Positions 10,850-24,259 of a stretch of DNA of 57,294 nucleotides are shown here, piece after piece. The stretch comes from Octopus bimaculoides. Its lineage: Eukaryota. Under the pieces are notes generated by a model. That model worked only from the letters and a program-made list of their open reading frames with translations. It was not told where the DNA came from and searched no databases. A program made the position numbers and the translations under genes. The stretch lies in assembly GCF_001194135.2 (NCBI RefSeq), contig NC_068982.1, positions 151,345,501 through 151,402,794 on the forward strand. Reading direction: 5' to 3'. How positions within the stretch are numbered: position 1 is the stretch's first letter; the number at the start of each line of letters is the position of its first letter.

Positions 10850-12040
10850 ATTCTTTAGTCTTGGATGACAAACTATCTAGGAGAAGGATACTCCGAAATT
10901 AAACCTGCAATCTGAAAGAGCATCCATTGATGAGGATCTATTCCCCTTTATGGATTATGCTTTTGGTACTTAGAGAGTGGGATTGGGTGAGTGCAAGCTC
11001 TCTTCTCACTTTAAAAAGTTTATGGCACGAGTATTGCTTGAGCTGAAGTTACACGGGCTCAATGAATGGGGCTGGTCGTAGCTCGAAAAAAAGCTTAAAT
11101 ATAATTATGAGGTCCATTTACATTTGAAAATGTAAATGGCAAAAAAAAAGGGCTTGTGATCCAGGAGTGAACAGGTCTGGACCGGCAGGCGCCCCAGGGA
11201 TTCGCAGCCTGGGCTCGGTCGTCATCCTGCCACTGCATGCAGCAACAACAGAAAAGTTTCCATAAATATTGGATGTTGGAATGTAAGAACATTATTAGAT
11301 TCAGTATCAAATAAAAGACTCCCAGAGAGAAGGTCTGCTCTTATTGGTAAGGAAATGCAAAGGTGTGCAATGGACATTGTAGCATTATCAGAGACTAGAT
11401 TTCTTGGGCAAGGTAACTTTACTGAGAAATCTACTGGGTGCGCATTTTATTGGAGTAGGAAAGAAGAAAAAATTGCAAAAAATAGGGTGTGATTGGAAGT
11501 CACAGAGTGAGAAATTGTAACAGCAATGGCTTAGTTTTGTTACAAATGTGTTCTGAGCTGAATCTATTTATTATGAGCACTGCTTTTCAGCAAAAAGATA
11601 AGTTCAAAGCTATATGGACGCACCTGGTTCACAACAATGGCACCTGATAGACTATATAACTAGAAAGCGAGATAAGGGAGATTTCTGAATAGTGCGGTTC
11701 ATGCGAGGAGTAGAACGTTGGACAGATCATCGCTTGGTTCGTGAGAAAAGGAAGTTTGTAGTGAAGCCAAAAAGTAGGCAAAGTGGCACTGGTATCCCTA
11801 AACGTGAATCGCCTTAAGGATAAAACAGTTAAAGTAGAATTTCAGCAGAAATCAAAAATTTGGACTGGACAGATAAGTGGATGGACTTCAGAGGGCAACT
11901 ATACAATTTAAGTAAAAGAAGTTTTAGGAGTAAAGAAGAAACATCAAGAATGGTTTGATGAAAGTAATGGAAATATTCAACATTTGTTGGAAGAAAAACG
12001 AAAGCCATTGCATTCATTACTAGCAAATGATTCTGACCAA
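10850..12040 (+). mobile_element. RTE-clade LINE remnant (5' UTR and APE endonuclease), 3'-truncated
   Basis: INIGCWNVRTLLD..PERRSALIGKEM..DIVALSETRF..FYWS; QWHLIDY..MRGVERWTDHRLV; KHQEWFDESNGNIQHLLEEKR. Confidence 0.9.
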
Positions 12041-14200
12041 TTTAAGAAGTCATATAATCACTCTCCCAGTTTTCTGACTATGCCAAGTCTCCGTAGCTTC
12101 TGGCATATCATCCAGTGATCAATCTTATCAAAGGCCTTTGCAAAATCAAGATATATCATATCCACGTTCGAGTGATTCATTAGTTGTTTCAACATCCAGT
12201 CATAATGCTGCTTCTTCCTGAGCAGAAGACATGCTGGGTGTCAGGGAGCAAGTTATTAACCTCTAGGAATTCGATCAATTTCCTCTTGACAATGCGTTCC
12301 ATGACTTTGCTGATATGGGAAACTAGAAAGATAGGCCTAAACTTTTTAGCATCCCACCTGCCACCTCCTTTATCGACAGAACATGTTATGCCTCCCTTTA
12401 ACTTGCTGGGAAGTCGCTCAGTTGCAAGGAAGCTGTAAAAGAAGTTCAGTAGTGGTTTTGTTAGAGCCCCTTTGCATTTCTTCAGGAGGATTGTTGGAAA
12501 TCCTTCAAGGCATGTAGCTGAGTCTAAGCTTATTTCATCACTGGTTGATATTACAAGTTTCCTCTATTTTGATATTATCAACAATTGCCATCTCTTTGTG
12601 TAGAGCGGTAGCGCAAAAAAACTTATCAGGTATAGCTGCTTACAAGTGTTACAGCGGAGTTGTGAAAATACTTTTGCTTTGAATTTTCAGTATTTCACTT
12701 ATCCTCAGAGGTCTGCAATTGATGAGTCATTTTCTTCGAACAGTATCCCTATCTTGTGCCGTGGTGAAGCAGACTCTTTTGCAAATCTATAGAAGGCTTT
12801 AGGATTTGGTTTTACATTTTTTACAGCCCTAGCTTCCTTTCCTGCACTAATGGGAGTGTTTAGCTTACTTTCAATCTCAAGCAGTGTTTGTTTGAGATTC
12901 TTAGCCATCCTTCACTGTCCCACTTAAACGGTTTGAGATCTTTGCTAGTCGTTTCATTAGAATCTTCTTATCTCTGGGTGTTACGTTTTTCTGTTGGTTT
13001 GTCATTCTCTCTCGCACAAACTTACTGCATATGCTATGCATGATTGGCATAAAATTCTGTAGTTTATGTCAATATCTTTTGTAGAGAGTCTTGTAGACCA
13101 GTTTTGTTCTATGACCTCTTTCTGAATACCCTTCCAATCAGCTTTTTGAAAGTTCAGGCTGGAAAGGAGTTAGATGCTTCAAGTAACCTGCATATCTGCA
13201 GTTCTCTGTGGACCATACGTTGTTATTTCTATTAAGTTATGGTCCGAGAGAATCGTCGGTGTCACCATAACATTGCGGATGCGCGCAGCGTTATTTGTGA
13301 AGCAGAGGTCCAGGAAATTTTCACCCCTTATCGGGTGGAGCCCTGTTTGTTCCATAAAGAGCATGTTTGCGAGGTCGGGCAGAGATTTTGCTTGCTTCTT
13401 TTCATGCAGTGACATACCTGAGAGAAGGCAGCCCTCTGGCCATTATCTATTAGAGAGGTTGAAGTCTCCTAAACGAAGTATGTGAAGGCCGTCATCAAGG
13501 CTGGTTAACAATTCTTCCAGCTTTTTGAGACTCTCTTCGAATGAATCCCCTTAATTTGGAGCGTCTGATGGGTGATATGTAGTACATGTTATCCTTTTCA
13601 TCAGTTTAATGTGTACCACTAGAGTCTCACCGACTGAGTTTGAGTGTGTCAGCAGGATTACAGACGTGACATCTTCCAGAATGTACATTACAACTTTACC
13701 ATCAGTCCTTTCTTTCCTGTTAGTTTGAAATACAACATACTTTGGTATGTGTATCCCAGAATCTGGTATGTCAGCATTCAGATGTGTTTGTAACAGAACC
13801 ATATATTGCTTGATTACATGTCGCTAAGTCTCTCAGGTATTGGGTTTATCGTTGGTGGGACGTTACAGTGCCCCTCATGTTCATCAGAAATACAGCTGCA
13901 ACATTTAGGGTGTCGGTAGTGGCCACTGGTCTGAAATATATAGGGGTGTAAGAAGTGGCCATACTGGATATTTTGTTGTTTTAGGTGGTCTTGTGTACTG
14001 GTACATGTTTCTCAAACTCAGTGTCTGATGGAGCCAGGCCAGCTTACAATTTTCTGTGCTATCTTAAAAACAAAATAACTGCTGTTTAGCAGTTGCTGTC
14101 CATACTCCTTTTACATATTTTTCCTCTTAGGAGCAGTACATGCACCATCCACATATTTCCAGTGTGCAAGCATCGAGTTTTACGACTCGGACTTATGTCC
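12041..14200 (-). mobile_element. CR1-clade LINE remnant (APE and N-terminal RT; possible ORF1 traces at the far end)
   Basis: HPIRGENFLDLCFTNN; TILSDHNLIE; VKPNPKAFYRFAK; QHYDWMLKQLMNHSNVDMIYLDFAKAFDKIDH..KLRRLGI. The right boundary is uncertain. Confidence 0.9.
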
Positions 14201-14685
14201 TTGTAGTTAAAAGTTAGTACTTTTCTCCGTATGAAATGCTATCATTCAAATATGCAATTACGAGCGTTTGGAAGCACAAAATCTGTTTAACTACATTGAC
14301 TTACCATACTACTATTTATGAACCAGTTGGATTCCGTTCTTTTGCAGTACGCCAAAAATAGATATGTAAATAAAACTAAACGGGGGTAACAAAATATTAT
14401 TTCATGTTGTCGCTCGCATTTAAATTTTTTTCAAACATATCAAATCTACTTAAACGCGTTGGAAGCGCAAATCCATTTAACGAAATAGTTGATATCAAAT
14501 AGGATAACGTTTATAGTGATTGCAAAGTTAAATGACGGATACTTGAAATAAATATGACTAAAATATAATCAATTAACAGTAAACGATATATCAGATTTTT
14601 TTAAATATGACGCATTGAATCTTTTGTGACATATCTGCAAATATCGACTAAAAAGGAATTCTGTTTTCTATAGTTCAAAATTTGA

Positions 14686-14869
<184 letters not shown>

Positions 14870-15707
14870 GAGGGAGAGATAGATGGTTGGGGAGAGTATT
14901 CTATAAGATAATATTTTCAGTCTCCACTTGCTAGAAACATAATATAACGTTTGAAAGAATAGGAAGTATTCGATAAATTCAATGGTTGATTAAAAGAAAC
15001 AGTTAACAGTAAAAATGTAACTTCTTAAATTATTTTTATAAGTTAAAGAAAACGAATTTAGTCCAGCTACTTATCTGTGTCGGCAATTTTTTTATTGCAA
15101 AAATATATGGGAAAAGTATACTCCAATGCAAATAGAAATTCATGACGTTCCAGAGCAGGCCCTTTACCAAGGAAAGAGAAAAGCACAGTTCACGAAGTCT
15201 GATGACAGCTAAAGAACATAAAAAAAGATAAAAACTTTACCCTTGCTCTCTGTGAGGAGTTTGTTTCCCTAGGAATAAGCTTTCCCGACGCCACACGAAC
15301 TTTAAAAATAATTGTTACAAATAGTTACGATTGCATTAAATGTTGACATGTTTATGAGGCTTAAATTAAAAAAAAAAACTCTTATGAAATCAGCTTTAAA
15401 TATAGGAGAAGGGTATTAATTTCTGACGGAAAAACTGATTTTCATAGGATGCTATAAGATATTGTCACGTGAATGGTCGTTTCAAAGTAGTACAGAATAG
15501 TTGCCCTTCAGGGTTGGGGAATTTATTCGCCAACTTCACGCCAATTTACCGGTCTCTATGGTACGCTTTACTATAAACACAATATGGAATTCTTCGACGA
15601 AGTTCAAACGAGACATGGTTGTTTTGTGATCTAAATAAAAGAAATCTGGAAATGATGCTAGATTTCGAACTTCATTTGAAGCTATAACTAGCATCAATTT
15701 CCTTCTT

Positions 15708-15764
<57 letters not shown>

Positions 15765-15765
<1 letters not shown>

Positions 15766-17580
15766 GAATGGATAGATTATAAAAAGCCTATGACAATAGC
15801 ATGGATAGCATATAAGAAAACTTATGACATAATCCCACACTCGTGAATAAGTGAATGTTTGAGTATATTCAGTATTGCAGACAACATTAGAGAATTAAAT
15901 AGCTTTAGCATGAAGAAATGGAAAGTAAATCTCTACTCAGGTGACACAGCATTAGGGAAAGTTAATATCAAGAGAGGAATTTTCCAAAGAGTCTCGTTAT
16001 CCCCTTGAATATTTGTTTTGTGTTTAATCCCTCTCAGTTTAGTATTAAGGAAGGCAAAGTCAGGGTATCAGTTCATAAATAGTAAAAGAAAAATTAACCA
16101 TTTGCTCTACATCGATGATCTGAAGCTTTTTAGTAAGGATGAAAAAGTGATAGATTCCTTAATACAAACTGTAAGACTGTTCAGCAAATATATATGTATG
16201 AAATTTGGCATAAATAAGTGTGCAATATTAGTCAGGAAAAGGGACAGGTAGTCGACAGTGAGGGCATCCAATTACCAGATGGCTAGAAATTAAAATCATT
16301 GAAAGAATGAGAGAGTTATAAATATTTAGGATTGTTAGAATCTGACAGGCTACTAATTATAGAAATGAAAACGAAAATTGAGAAGTACATCAGAAGGGTG
16401 AGGAAGCTCATGAAGTCAAAGTTAAATGGTCCGAATCTAGTGAAGGCTGCAAATACTTGAGCAGTGTCATTACTTAGATACACAACAGCTTTCCTACATT
16501 GGACCTCATCTGAATTAGCAAAACAAGACAGAAGAACTAGGAAGGAATTCAATATGAATAGAGGACTCCACCTAAGGGCAGGAGTAGCAAGATTATACTT
16601 TCCTAGAAAGGAAGGTGGAAGAAGGCTAATATCAGTAGCAGACTGCGTGGAGTTAGCTACAGTAGATATAACCACCTTCTATGTAAGTAACAGTAAAGAA
16701 CTGTTAGAGTCACATGGGACATAGAGAAACTAAAGAGCCAAATGTTAAAAAACAGAAAAAGAGGTTATCTGACTGACAAGAGAAGGCTTTGCATGGTATA
16801 TTCCCAAAGATAGCTGCAAGAAATAGTAATGAGACATTGTTGTGGTTGCAGAAAGGAAGGTGTAAAAGAGAGACAGAATGTTGTTAGTAGCTGCACAAGT
16901 TCAAGCATTAAGGACTTATTGGATAAAAGCTAAAAGCCAAGATAGACAAAAGCCAAGTAGATTCCAAATGTAGATTATGCAAATTAAAAAAGGAAAGTTT
17001 TACTCATATAGAAGGTGGATGTAGCATGCTGACAAAAAATACCAGAAAAGACATGACAACCGAAGGAGAGTAATCCACTAGGGCATATGTAGAAAGATAG
17101 GATTTGACCATGCTGATAAATGACATGAACATGAACCTGGTAAAGAACTGGAAAATAAGAAATATAAGATGTTGTTGGACTTTATCACACAGATGGACAA
17201 AGTAATAGAAGCTTGAAAGCTTGATTTAGTAGTAGTAGATAAAGAGAATATACAGTGATAGACAATTGACTTTACAGTCCCAAATAATGAAAAAGTTAAT
17301 ATGAGAGGTATAGAGAAAATAGCAAAGTACCAGGAGTTATAGGGACTATGGAATGTGCGGGTAAAATGTATCCCAATAGTTATTGGTGCATTGGGAACTA
17401 TCCCTAAAGATTTGAACAGATGGATAGAGGAAATAAGCGTAAAACCCAATTTAGTACAAATGCAGAAAACAGTGTTATTAGGGACAGCTAGAATACTTAG
17501 GAGAGTTCTTGGCATCTAAGGTTACTTGTTGTAGCCCGATGTTAGGAGTTTTTCTTTTCCAATCTATTGAACGTATATGA

Positions 17581-17615
<35 letters not shown>
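15765..17615 (+). mobile_element. R4/Dong-clade (RLE) non-LTR retrotransposon, 5'-truncated, within (AAT)n
   Basis: WIDYKK; INHLLYIDDLKLF; RLYFPRKEGGRRLISVADC; KRHDN; IDFTVPNNEKVN..EKIAKYQEL..LWNVRVKCIPIVIGALGTIPK..QKTVLLGTARILRRVLGI*. (AAT)n on both sides: 15708-15764 and 17581-17615. Confidence 0.92.
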
Positions 17616-17619
<4 letters not shown>

Positions 17620-17912
17620 ACACTATACACTATCCTCAAAATAGCCCTTCTAGGAACAGCTCACATCCTACGCAAGACACTAGCAATTCAATAATACAAC
17701 CTAAATAAAACAACCCACAAACACAAGACACGCTCTATATAACAATTATCCAGTAAAATAAACATCCACCAGCAAGCTCGACAACCAATGTATTACACAT
17801 TCAACGCACAATAGAAGTGAATGATCAAATGAAGGAAATTTGGCAAAGAACTACCCACAAATTGCTTGCCTTCCACTGATGTGGAAGTTGCTTACTGGTG
17901 TTATTGCAAAAG

Positions 17913-17913
<1 letters not shown>
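17620..17913 (+). mobile_element. Two further R4/Dong fragments (3' end of a second family, then an RT fragment)
   Basis: LKIALLGTAHILRKTLAIQ* at ~17635-17690; NYPQIACLPLMWKLLTGVIAKD at ~17848-17913. Confidence 0.75.
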
Positions 17914-17982
<69 letters not shown>

Positions 17983-19385
17983 NNNNNNNNNNNNNNNNNN
18001 NNNNNNNNNNNNNNNNNNNNNNNNNNNNNNNNNNNNNNNNNNNNNNNNNNNNNNNNNNNNNNNNNNNNNNNNNNNNNNNNNNNNNNNNNNNNNNNNNNNN
18101 NNNNNNNNNNNNNNNNNNNNNNNNNNNNNNNNNNNNNNNNNNNNNNNNNNNNNNNNNNNNNNNNNNNNNNNNNNNNNNNNNNNNNNNNNNNNNNNNNNNN
18201 NNNNNNNNNNNNNNNNNNNNNNNNNNNNNNNNNNNNNNNNNNNNNNNNNNNNNNNNNNNNNNNNNNNNNNNNNNNNNNNNNNNNNNNNNNNNNNNNNNNN
18301 NNNNNNNNNNNNNNNNNNNNNNNNNNNNNNNNNNNNNNNNNNNNNNNNNNNNNNNNNNNNNNNNNNNNNNNNNNNNNNNNNNNNNNNNNNNNNNNNNNNN
18401 NNNNNNNNNNNNNNNNNNNNNNNNNNNNNNNNNNNNNNNNNNNNNNNNNNNNNNNNNNNNNNNNNNNNNNNNNNNNNNNNNNNNNNNNNNNNNNNNNNNN
18501 NNNNNNNNNNNNNNNNNNNNNNNNNNNNNNNNNNNNNNNNNNNNNNNNNNNNNNNNNNNNNNNNNNNNNNNNNNNNNNNNNNNNNNNNNNNNNNNNNNNN
18601 NNNNNNNNNNNNNNNNNNNATATATATATATACATATATATATAAGTTTCCAAATTAGGGTTGTTAGGGATATAGAATCCAAGTGGGTACCGTAATCACA
18701 TTTAGCGGTTATTAATGCCGGCTAACATCCGTGAATGTATAAAAGAACTCTGGTTAGTTTGATTTACTAACTTTAGTCTATCTTCATAGTGGTAAATTCA
18801 TATGGCTTTATAGAGATTTCGAGTGGAGAAATAGTTTATTCTAAGTATTACGGAACAATTTGGGAATGAAATTAACAGTATCCTTAAATTTAAATAAATT
18901 TAATTTAGCAAATGAAAATTATAGCAAATGAAAATTATAGCTGATTACTAACAATATCAACAATAATAATAAAAAGAAGTAAACACAGCGATACTAGGAA
19001 GAGGGATGATAATAACAGTAAAAAAAAAAATACTTAACCTGATGCTAAGCATTAATTAATACTACCATTCACCATTTAAAAATGGTCTATGTCTGCAGAA
19101 TACTAAAATTTCAAGGACAGTTAGTCATTTTGTTTTTAACCAGCAGAGTTGAAAATCTAGGCTATTTTTGGAACAATAAGAATACCACGTGTATGTCGGC
19201 TGAACTTGTATTTAATTTAGATTCTATCTGAGCAATGCAGTTGATTCATCCTGAAAAGTGACAACTAACAATAAGTGCATATAAAGATGAAAATTTTGCA
19301 GTATGCATTTGTTAATTGCCGTAGAAACATGTGTAGGTGCAAAAACGAAAAAAGCAATGAGCTGTTGAATAAAACTAGATATAAA

Positions 19386-19458
<73 letters not shown>

Positions 19459-20111
19459 NNNNNNNNNNNNNNNNNNNNNNNNNNNNNNNNNNNNNNNNNN
19501 NNNNNNNNNNNNNNNNNNNNNNNNNNNNNNNNNNNNNNNNNNNNNNNNNNNNNNNNNNNNNNNNNNNNNNNNNNNNNNNNNNNNNNNNNNNNNNNNNNNN
19601 NNNNNNNNNNNNNNNNNNNNNNNNNNNNNNNNNNNNNNNNNNNNNNNNNNNNNNNNNNNNNNNNNNNNNNNNNNNNNNNNNNNNNNNNNNNNNNNNNNNN
19701 NNNNNNNNNNNNNNNNNNNNNNNNNNNNNNNNNNNNNNNNNNNNNNNNNNNNNNNNNNNNNNNNNNNNNNNNNNNNNNNNNNNNNNNNNNNNNNNNNNNN
19801 NNNNNNNNNNNNNNNNNNNNNNNNNNNNNNNNNNNNNNNNNNNNNNNNNNNNNNNNNNNNNNNNNNNNNNNNNNNNNNNNNNNNNNNNNNNNNNNNNNNN
19901 NNNNNNNNNNNNNNNNNNNNNNNNNNNNNNNNNNNNNNNNNNNNNNNNNNNNNNNNNNNNNNNNNNNNNNNNNNNNNNNNNNNNNNNNNNNNNNNNNNNN
20001 NNNNNNNNNNNNNNNNNNNNNNNNNNNNNNNNNNNNNNNNNNNNNNNNNNNNNNNNNNNNNNNNNNNNNNNNNNNNNNNNNNNNNNNNNNNNNNNNNNNN
20101 NNNNNNNNNNN

Positions 20112-20145
<34 letters not shown>

Positions 20146-20199
20146 CATGTATATATGTATTTTTATATCATATTCGGATCTTTACGTCTTGACAGCCTG

Positions 20200-21280
20200 A
20201 GTAGCGGAGAATGTCTTAAGCACCCATATTCTTTCTCCTGTAGATTGTTTCATGGCTGATCATTCGTATGTTTGATGAGCAAGTTCTGCTGTAAAATCTG
20301 CACGCAAGGAAGCTTCTGCAAGTTTGCGTGGATTGTCTTTCTTTCTTTGGTGTCTTGCTTTGAGGGCCAAGATGTTTTCTTTCTCGAGCTGTTTGACTCC
20401 CATGCTCACTGAGATTTTCCATACTGTTCTGTCCTCAGTTAACTTTTCCCAAGTCTTTCCTTTGATGTGGCACTTGGTCAGGTTGGTCTTGCATATGTCC
20501 TTAGATATCAGCTTTAATCGTCCTCTGGATTTTCTATCTTGAGCCAAATCGCCATATAACAGCCGTTTGGAAAAATTCTGCTGTCAACCATTCATTTCAC
20601 ATGTCCAAGCTATCTGAGTCTGCTTTTGCACAGAATTGCAGTCAAGCTCGGAAGTGCGATCTGTTTGAAGACTTCTGTGTTGGTTATTTTGACTTGCCAA
20701 GCGATGCCAAGGATCTTTTGCAGGTATCTCAGATGAGAGACATTGATATTCTTCCCTTGTCCTGTGTTTAGTGTCCTGGTCTCTGATCCATAGAGGAGGG
20801 TGCTCAATATGTTTTGATCCATTGCGAATGGTACTCAGTATGCATGATCCACAAATCCTTATTTTGGTTTTCACTGTGAGCATCTTGTCCCATGATTTTT
20901 ATTTGCTGAATCTACCAAAGGCTGTAGCAGGTTTTCCTATTCTGACACATATTTCATCGTCTAGCTAGGTTATCGAAGCCATTGTAGACCTGAGATAACA
21001 GAATTTCTTTACAATCTCCAAAGGCTTATTATCCAGCACGATGTTGCCTTGAGTTGGACCATCTTGTGACGATCTTTTTGATTACCAGAGATGCTTTGCA
21101 GGGTTGTGAAAGATGCTTCATCATTGTTTGTAGAGTCGACTCGCTATGAGCAATCAGTGCTGCATCATCTGCAAAGAGGAGATCTCTGATCATGGTTGAC
21201 TTGGTCTTGATTTTTGCTCTGAGACGTGCTATTGTGGTTTACTTTCACTGGAAAACTGATGGGTCTCTTGCATGCCTCAG
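20200..21280 (-). mobile_element. RTE-clade LINE, RT and C-terminal fragment
   Basis: IRDLLFADDAALIAHS; LTVKTKI..CILSTLLYGSET; RGRLKLISKDICKTNL..WEKLTEDRTVWK. Confidence 0.9.
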
Positions 21281-21821
21281 AGAAAAAAACAAGACCAAGT
21301 GTTTGTATATATGCATGTAAACAGGTATAAATTAAATATATATGTAAATATACAAATTCACATATACATATGTATAAGCGTTACCAGTGTTACATACTTA
21401 ATGCATGTGCTTTGTTTTCGCACTTACTAATTGCGGGATTGTGTCAAGGAGGAAAGTTCTCTTAGAGAGTTAAGAATCACTGAATAGCTCAAACCAGGCG
21501 ATACAACGTCTCATTGTTGAAGGCGAACGCTGGATATTTTATTCTAGTGCTTCGTTCCTTGCTAAAATTTTTAGTTGTATGCATGTTGTTTATCAGCAAT
21601 AAATTAGGGATATCTTACATATATAAACATAAACGTATAGCATACAGACATTCCCTCTTCCCCCCACCACACAGCTACTCGATGCTCGCTTTAACATTCA
21701 TAGCCCCTCACACATAAGCATACAAACATGTACGTACAAATATATATATAAAAAGCAACAACAAAAACGCGATAAATGAAGAAAAATTTATAGTAAGCAA
21801 GCTATATATATGAATATTGTA

Positions 21822-22140
21822 TTTTTTGCTAAATAAACACACTCAGTATATATTCGTTGTCCACTCGTCTATTACTGTTCTTATTCTGACTCATGTCCAT
21901 TGTCCAGGAATCTTTCGTCACACATCTGTGACCTCCTCAGTGACACTTTCTGTCTTCGTGTGTGCTCTTACTCTGCTTATTCCAGAAAATGGAAGAGCAC
22001 ACACGAAAACGGCAAGTGTCACTGAGGAGACCACAGTTATGTAACGAAAGATTCTCGGACAATGGACATGAGTCAGAACAAGAACAGTAATAGACGAGTG
22101 AACAACGAATATATAGTACGTGTATTTATTTGGCAAAAAA
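21822..22140. repeat. ~320-bp palindrome: ~148-bp arms, 23-nt spacer
   Basis: 21822-21969 is the reverse complement of 21993-22140 at roughly 88% identity by manual alignment. Confidence 0.95.
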
Positions 22141-23309
22141 AAAAATGATCATCCCGAAATACAACAAAATCTGTTTCAACACACGAATTCACAACAGGAA
22201 TCTTGCAGCACAAATTCATATACGTATATATATAAAAATTTATTAAATTCACATCAAATAATGAAAATGATTCAATGTTCAGTCAAAATGAGATCTAACC
22301 ATTCTCTTTCAAGTATGGTATGAAAAATTACCTAAAAATATTAGTATAATACGGTAGTGCACCATTTTGTATGGAGAATCAACTTCTGATCTTTGCAATG
22401 CCTGTAATCCGGGTAGGTTTTTTAGAATATTCAGGTAATTGTGACGTATACAAGAATAAAGAACAGCAAGTCTATATATATATACTACATTTATTATATA
22501 AACTAACAGAAAAACGCACTTCTTTCTGTCTGTATGTGCGTGTTTGTCTGTGTGTGTATGTGTGTATTATATATATCCCACCACACCCCAACACACTCCT
22601 ACACTACCTTCCCACTCCACCCCATCCAATTCCTTACACCCACCCCCACCCCCTACNNNNNNNNNNNNNNNNNNNNNNNNNNNNNNNNNNNNNNNNNNNN
22701 NNNNNNNNNNNNNNNNNNNNNNNNNNNNNNNNNNNNNNNNNNNNNNNNNNNNNNNNNNNNNNNNNNNNNNNNNNNNNNNNNNNNNNNNNNNNNNNNNNNN
22801 NNNNNNNNNNNNNNNNNNNNNNNNNNNNNNNNNNNNNNNNNNNNNNNNNNNNNNNNNNNNNNNNNNNNNNNNNNNNNNNNNNNNNNNNNNNNNNNNNNNN
22901 NNNNNNNNNNNNNNNNNNNNNNNNNNNNNNNNNNNNNNNNNNNNNNNNNNNNNNNNNNNNNNNNNNNNNNNNNNNNNNNNNNNNNNNNNNNNNNNNNNNN
23001 NNNNNNNNNNNNNNNNNNNNNNNNNNNNNNNNNNNNNNNNNNNNNNNNNNNNNNNNNNNNNNNNNNNNNNNNNNNNNNNNNNNNNNNNNNNNNNNNNNNN
23101 NNNNNNNNNNNNNNNNNNNNNNNNNNNNNNNNNNNNNNNNNNNNNNNNNNNNNNNNNNNNNNNNNNNNNNNNNNNNNNNNNNNNNNNNNNNNNNNNNNNN
23201 NNNNNNNNNNNNNNNNNNNNNNNNNNNNNNNNNNNNNNNNNNNNNNNNNNNNNNNNNNNNNNNNNNNNNNNNNNNNNNNNNNNNNNNNNNNNNNNNNNNN
23301 NNNNNNNNN

Positions 23310-23341
<32 letters not shown>

Positions 23342-23864
23342 ATATACACACATATATATATACATATATATGTATATGTGTTTATTGTATCAAATTTTAA
23401 CATTCTACTAAGTTTCACCTGGTAGTGTGTAGTTTCTTGACTGTTGATTGTGTGGAAGAATAAATTGTTTCCATTTTTATAAAACTGTATTGATCTTGGA
23501 AGAGTATGTGTTGAGTGATCTGAAGTATCTTTGAAACCCAATTTGAACACGTAGAGACTATAATGGAAAAATAAACATGACTATACTTCACTGTAGTCAT
23601 GTTTGTAACAAATCGATTAAATTGAAACTATTATAGGAAGGCAAGATCATTGGAAATGATATTTGTACAAGGCAAATGACAAGACATTTTGATATTGTAG
23701 GGGAGAAGTTATATTTTCCTAAATATGTTTGTGTGCGTGTGTATGTATGTATATATATATATATGAATTCTCTATTTGTGTATTAAGGCAACCATTGGTT
23801 TAATGTTAAGGAAATATCTTCATATCTCAACATGATACCAATGGTGACTTAATAAATAAATAAA

Positions 23865-23914
<50 letters not shown>

Positions 23915-24259
23915 GATTCACCATGGTCGATGTATGAAATCTCACCCGTATGACTTCTTTTCAGTTTAATATTTTACCGGAAGATGATCAATTTTATGTT
24001 ATAGTGTAATCTGTGAATACCTAAAAAAAAAACCAAAATACAAACAAACACCGAAACAGCTACCATAAATATATTCTCAGTCAACTCATATATTTATTAG
24101 TTGGGGAGAGAATAATTTTGAAGTATCTAAGAAATTTATAAATTTTGTGTAAGCTTGTAGAAATTTAATCTGAATATTCGAAGATAGCGGAAGAGATTAA
24201 GATTTCAAGTTATTCTTTGGTTCATAATTTATAAAATCTTACGTCTACCGGTGTTGGAT

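Noticed and set aside
19030-19250. Strong minus-strand acceptor (TTTTCAG) suggesting an exon
   Set aside because: All three frames hit stops within about 10 codons of the acceptor.
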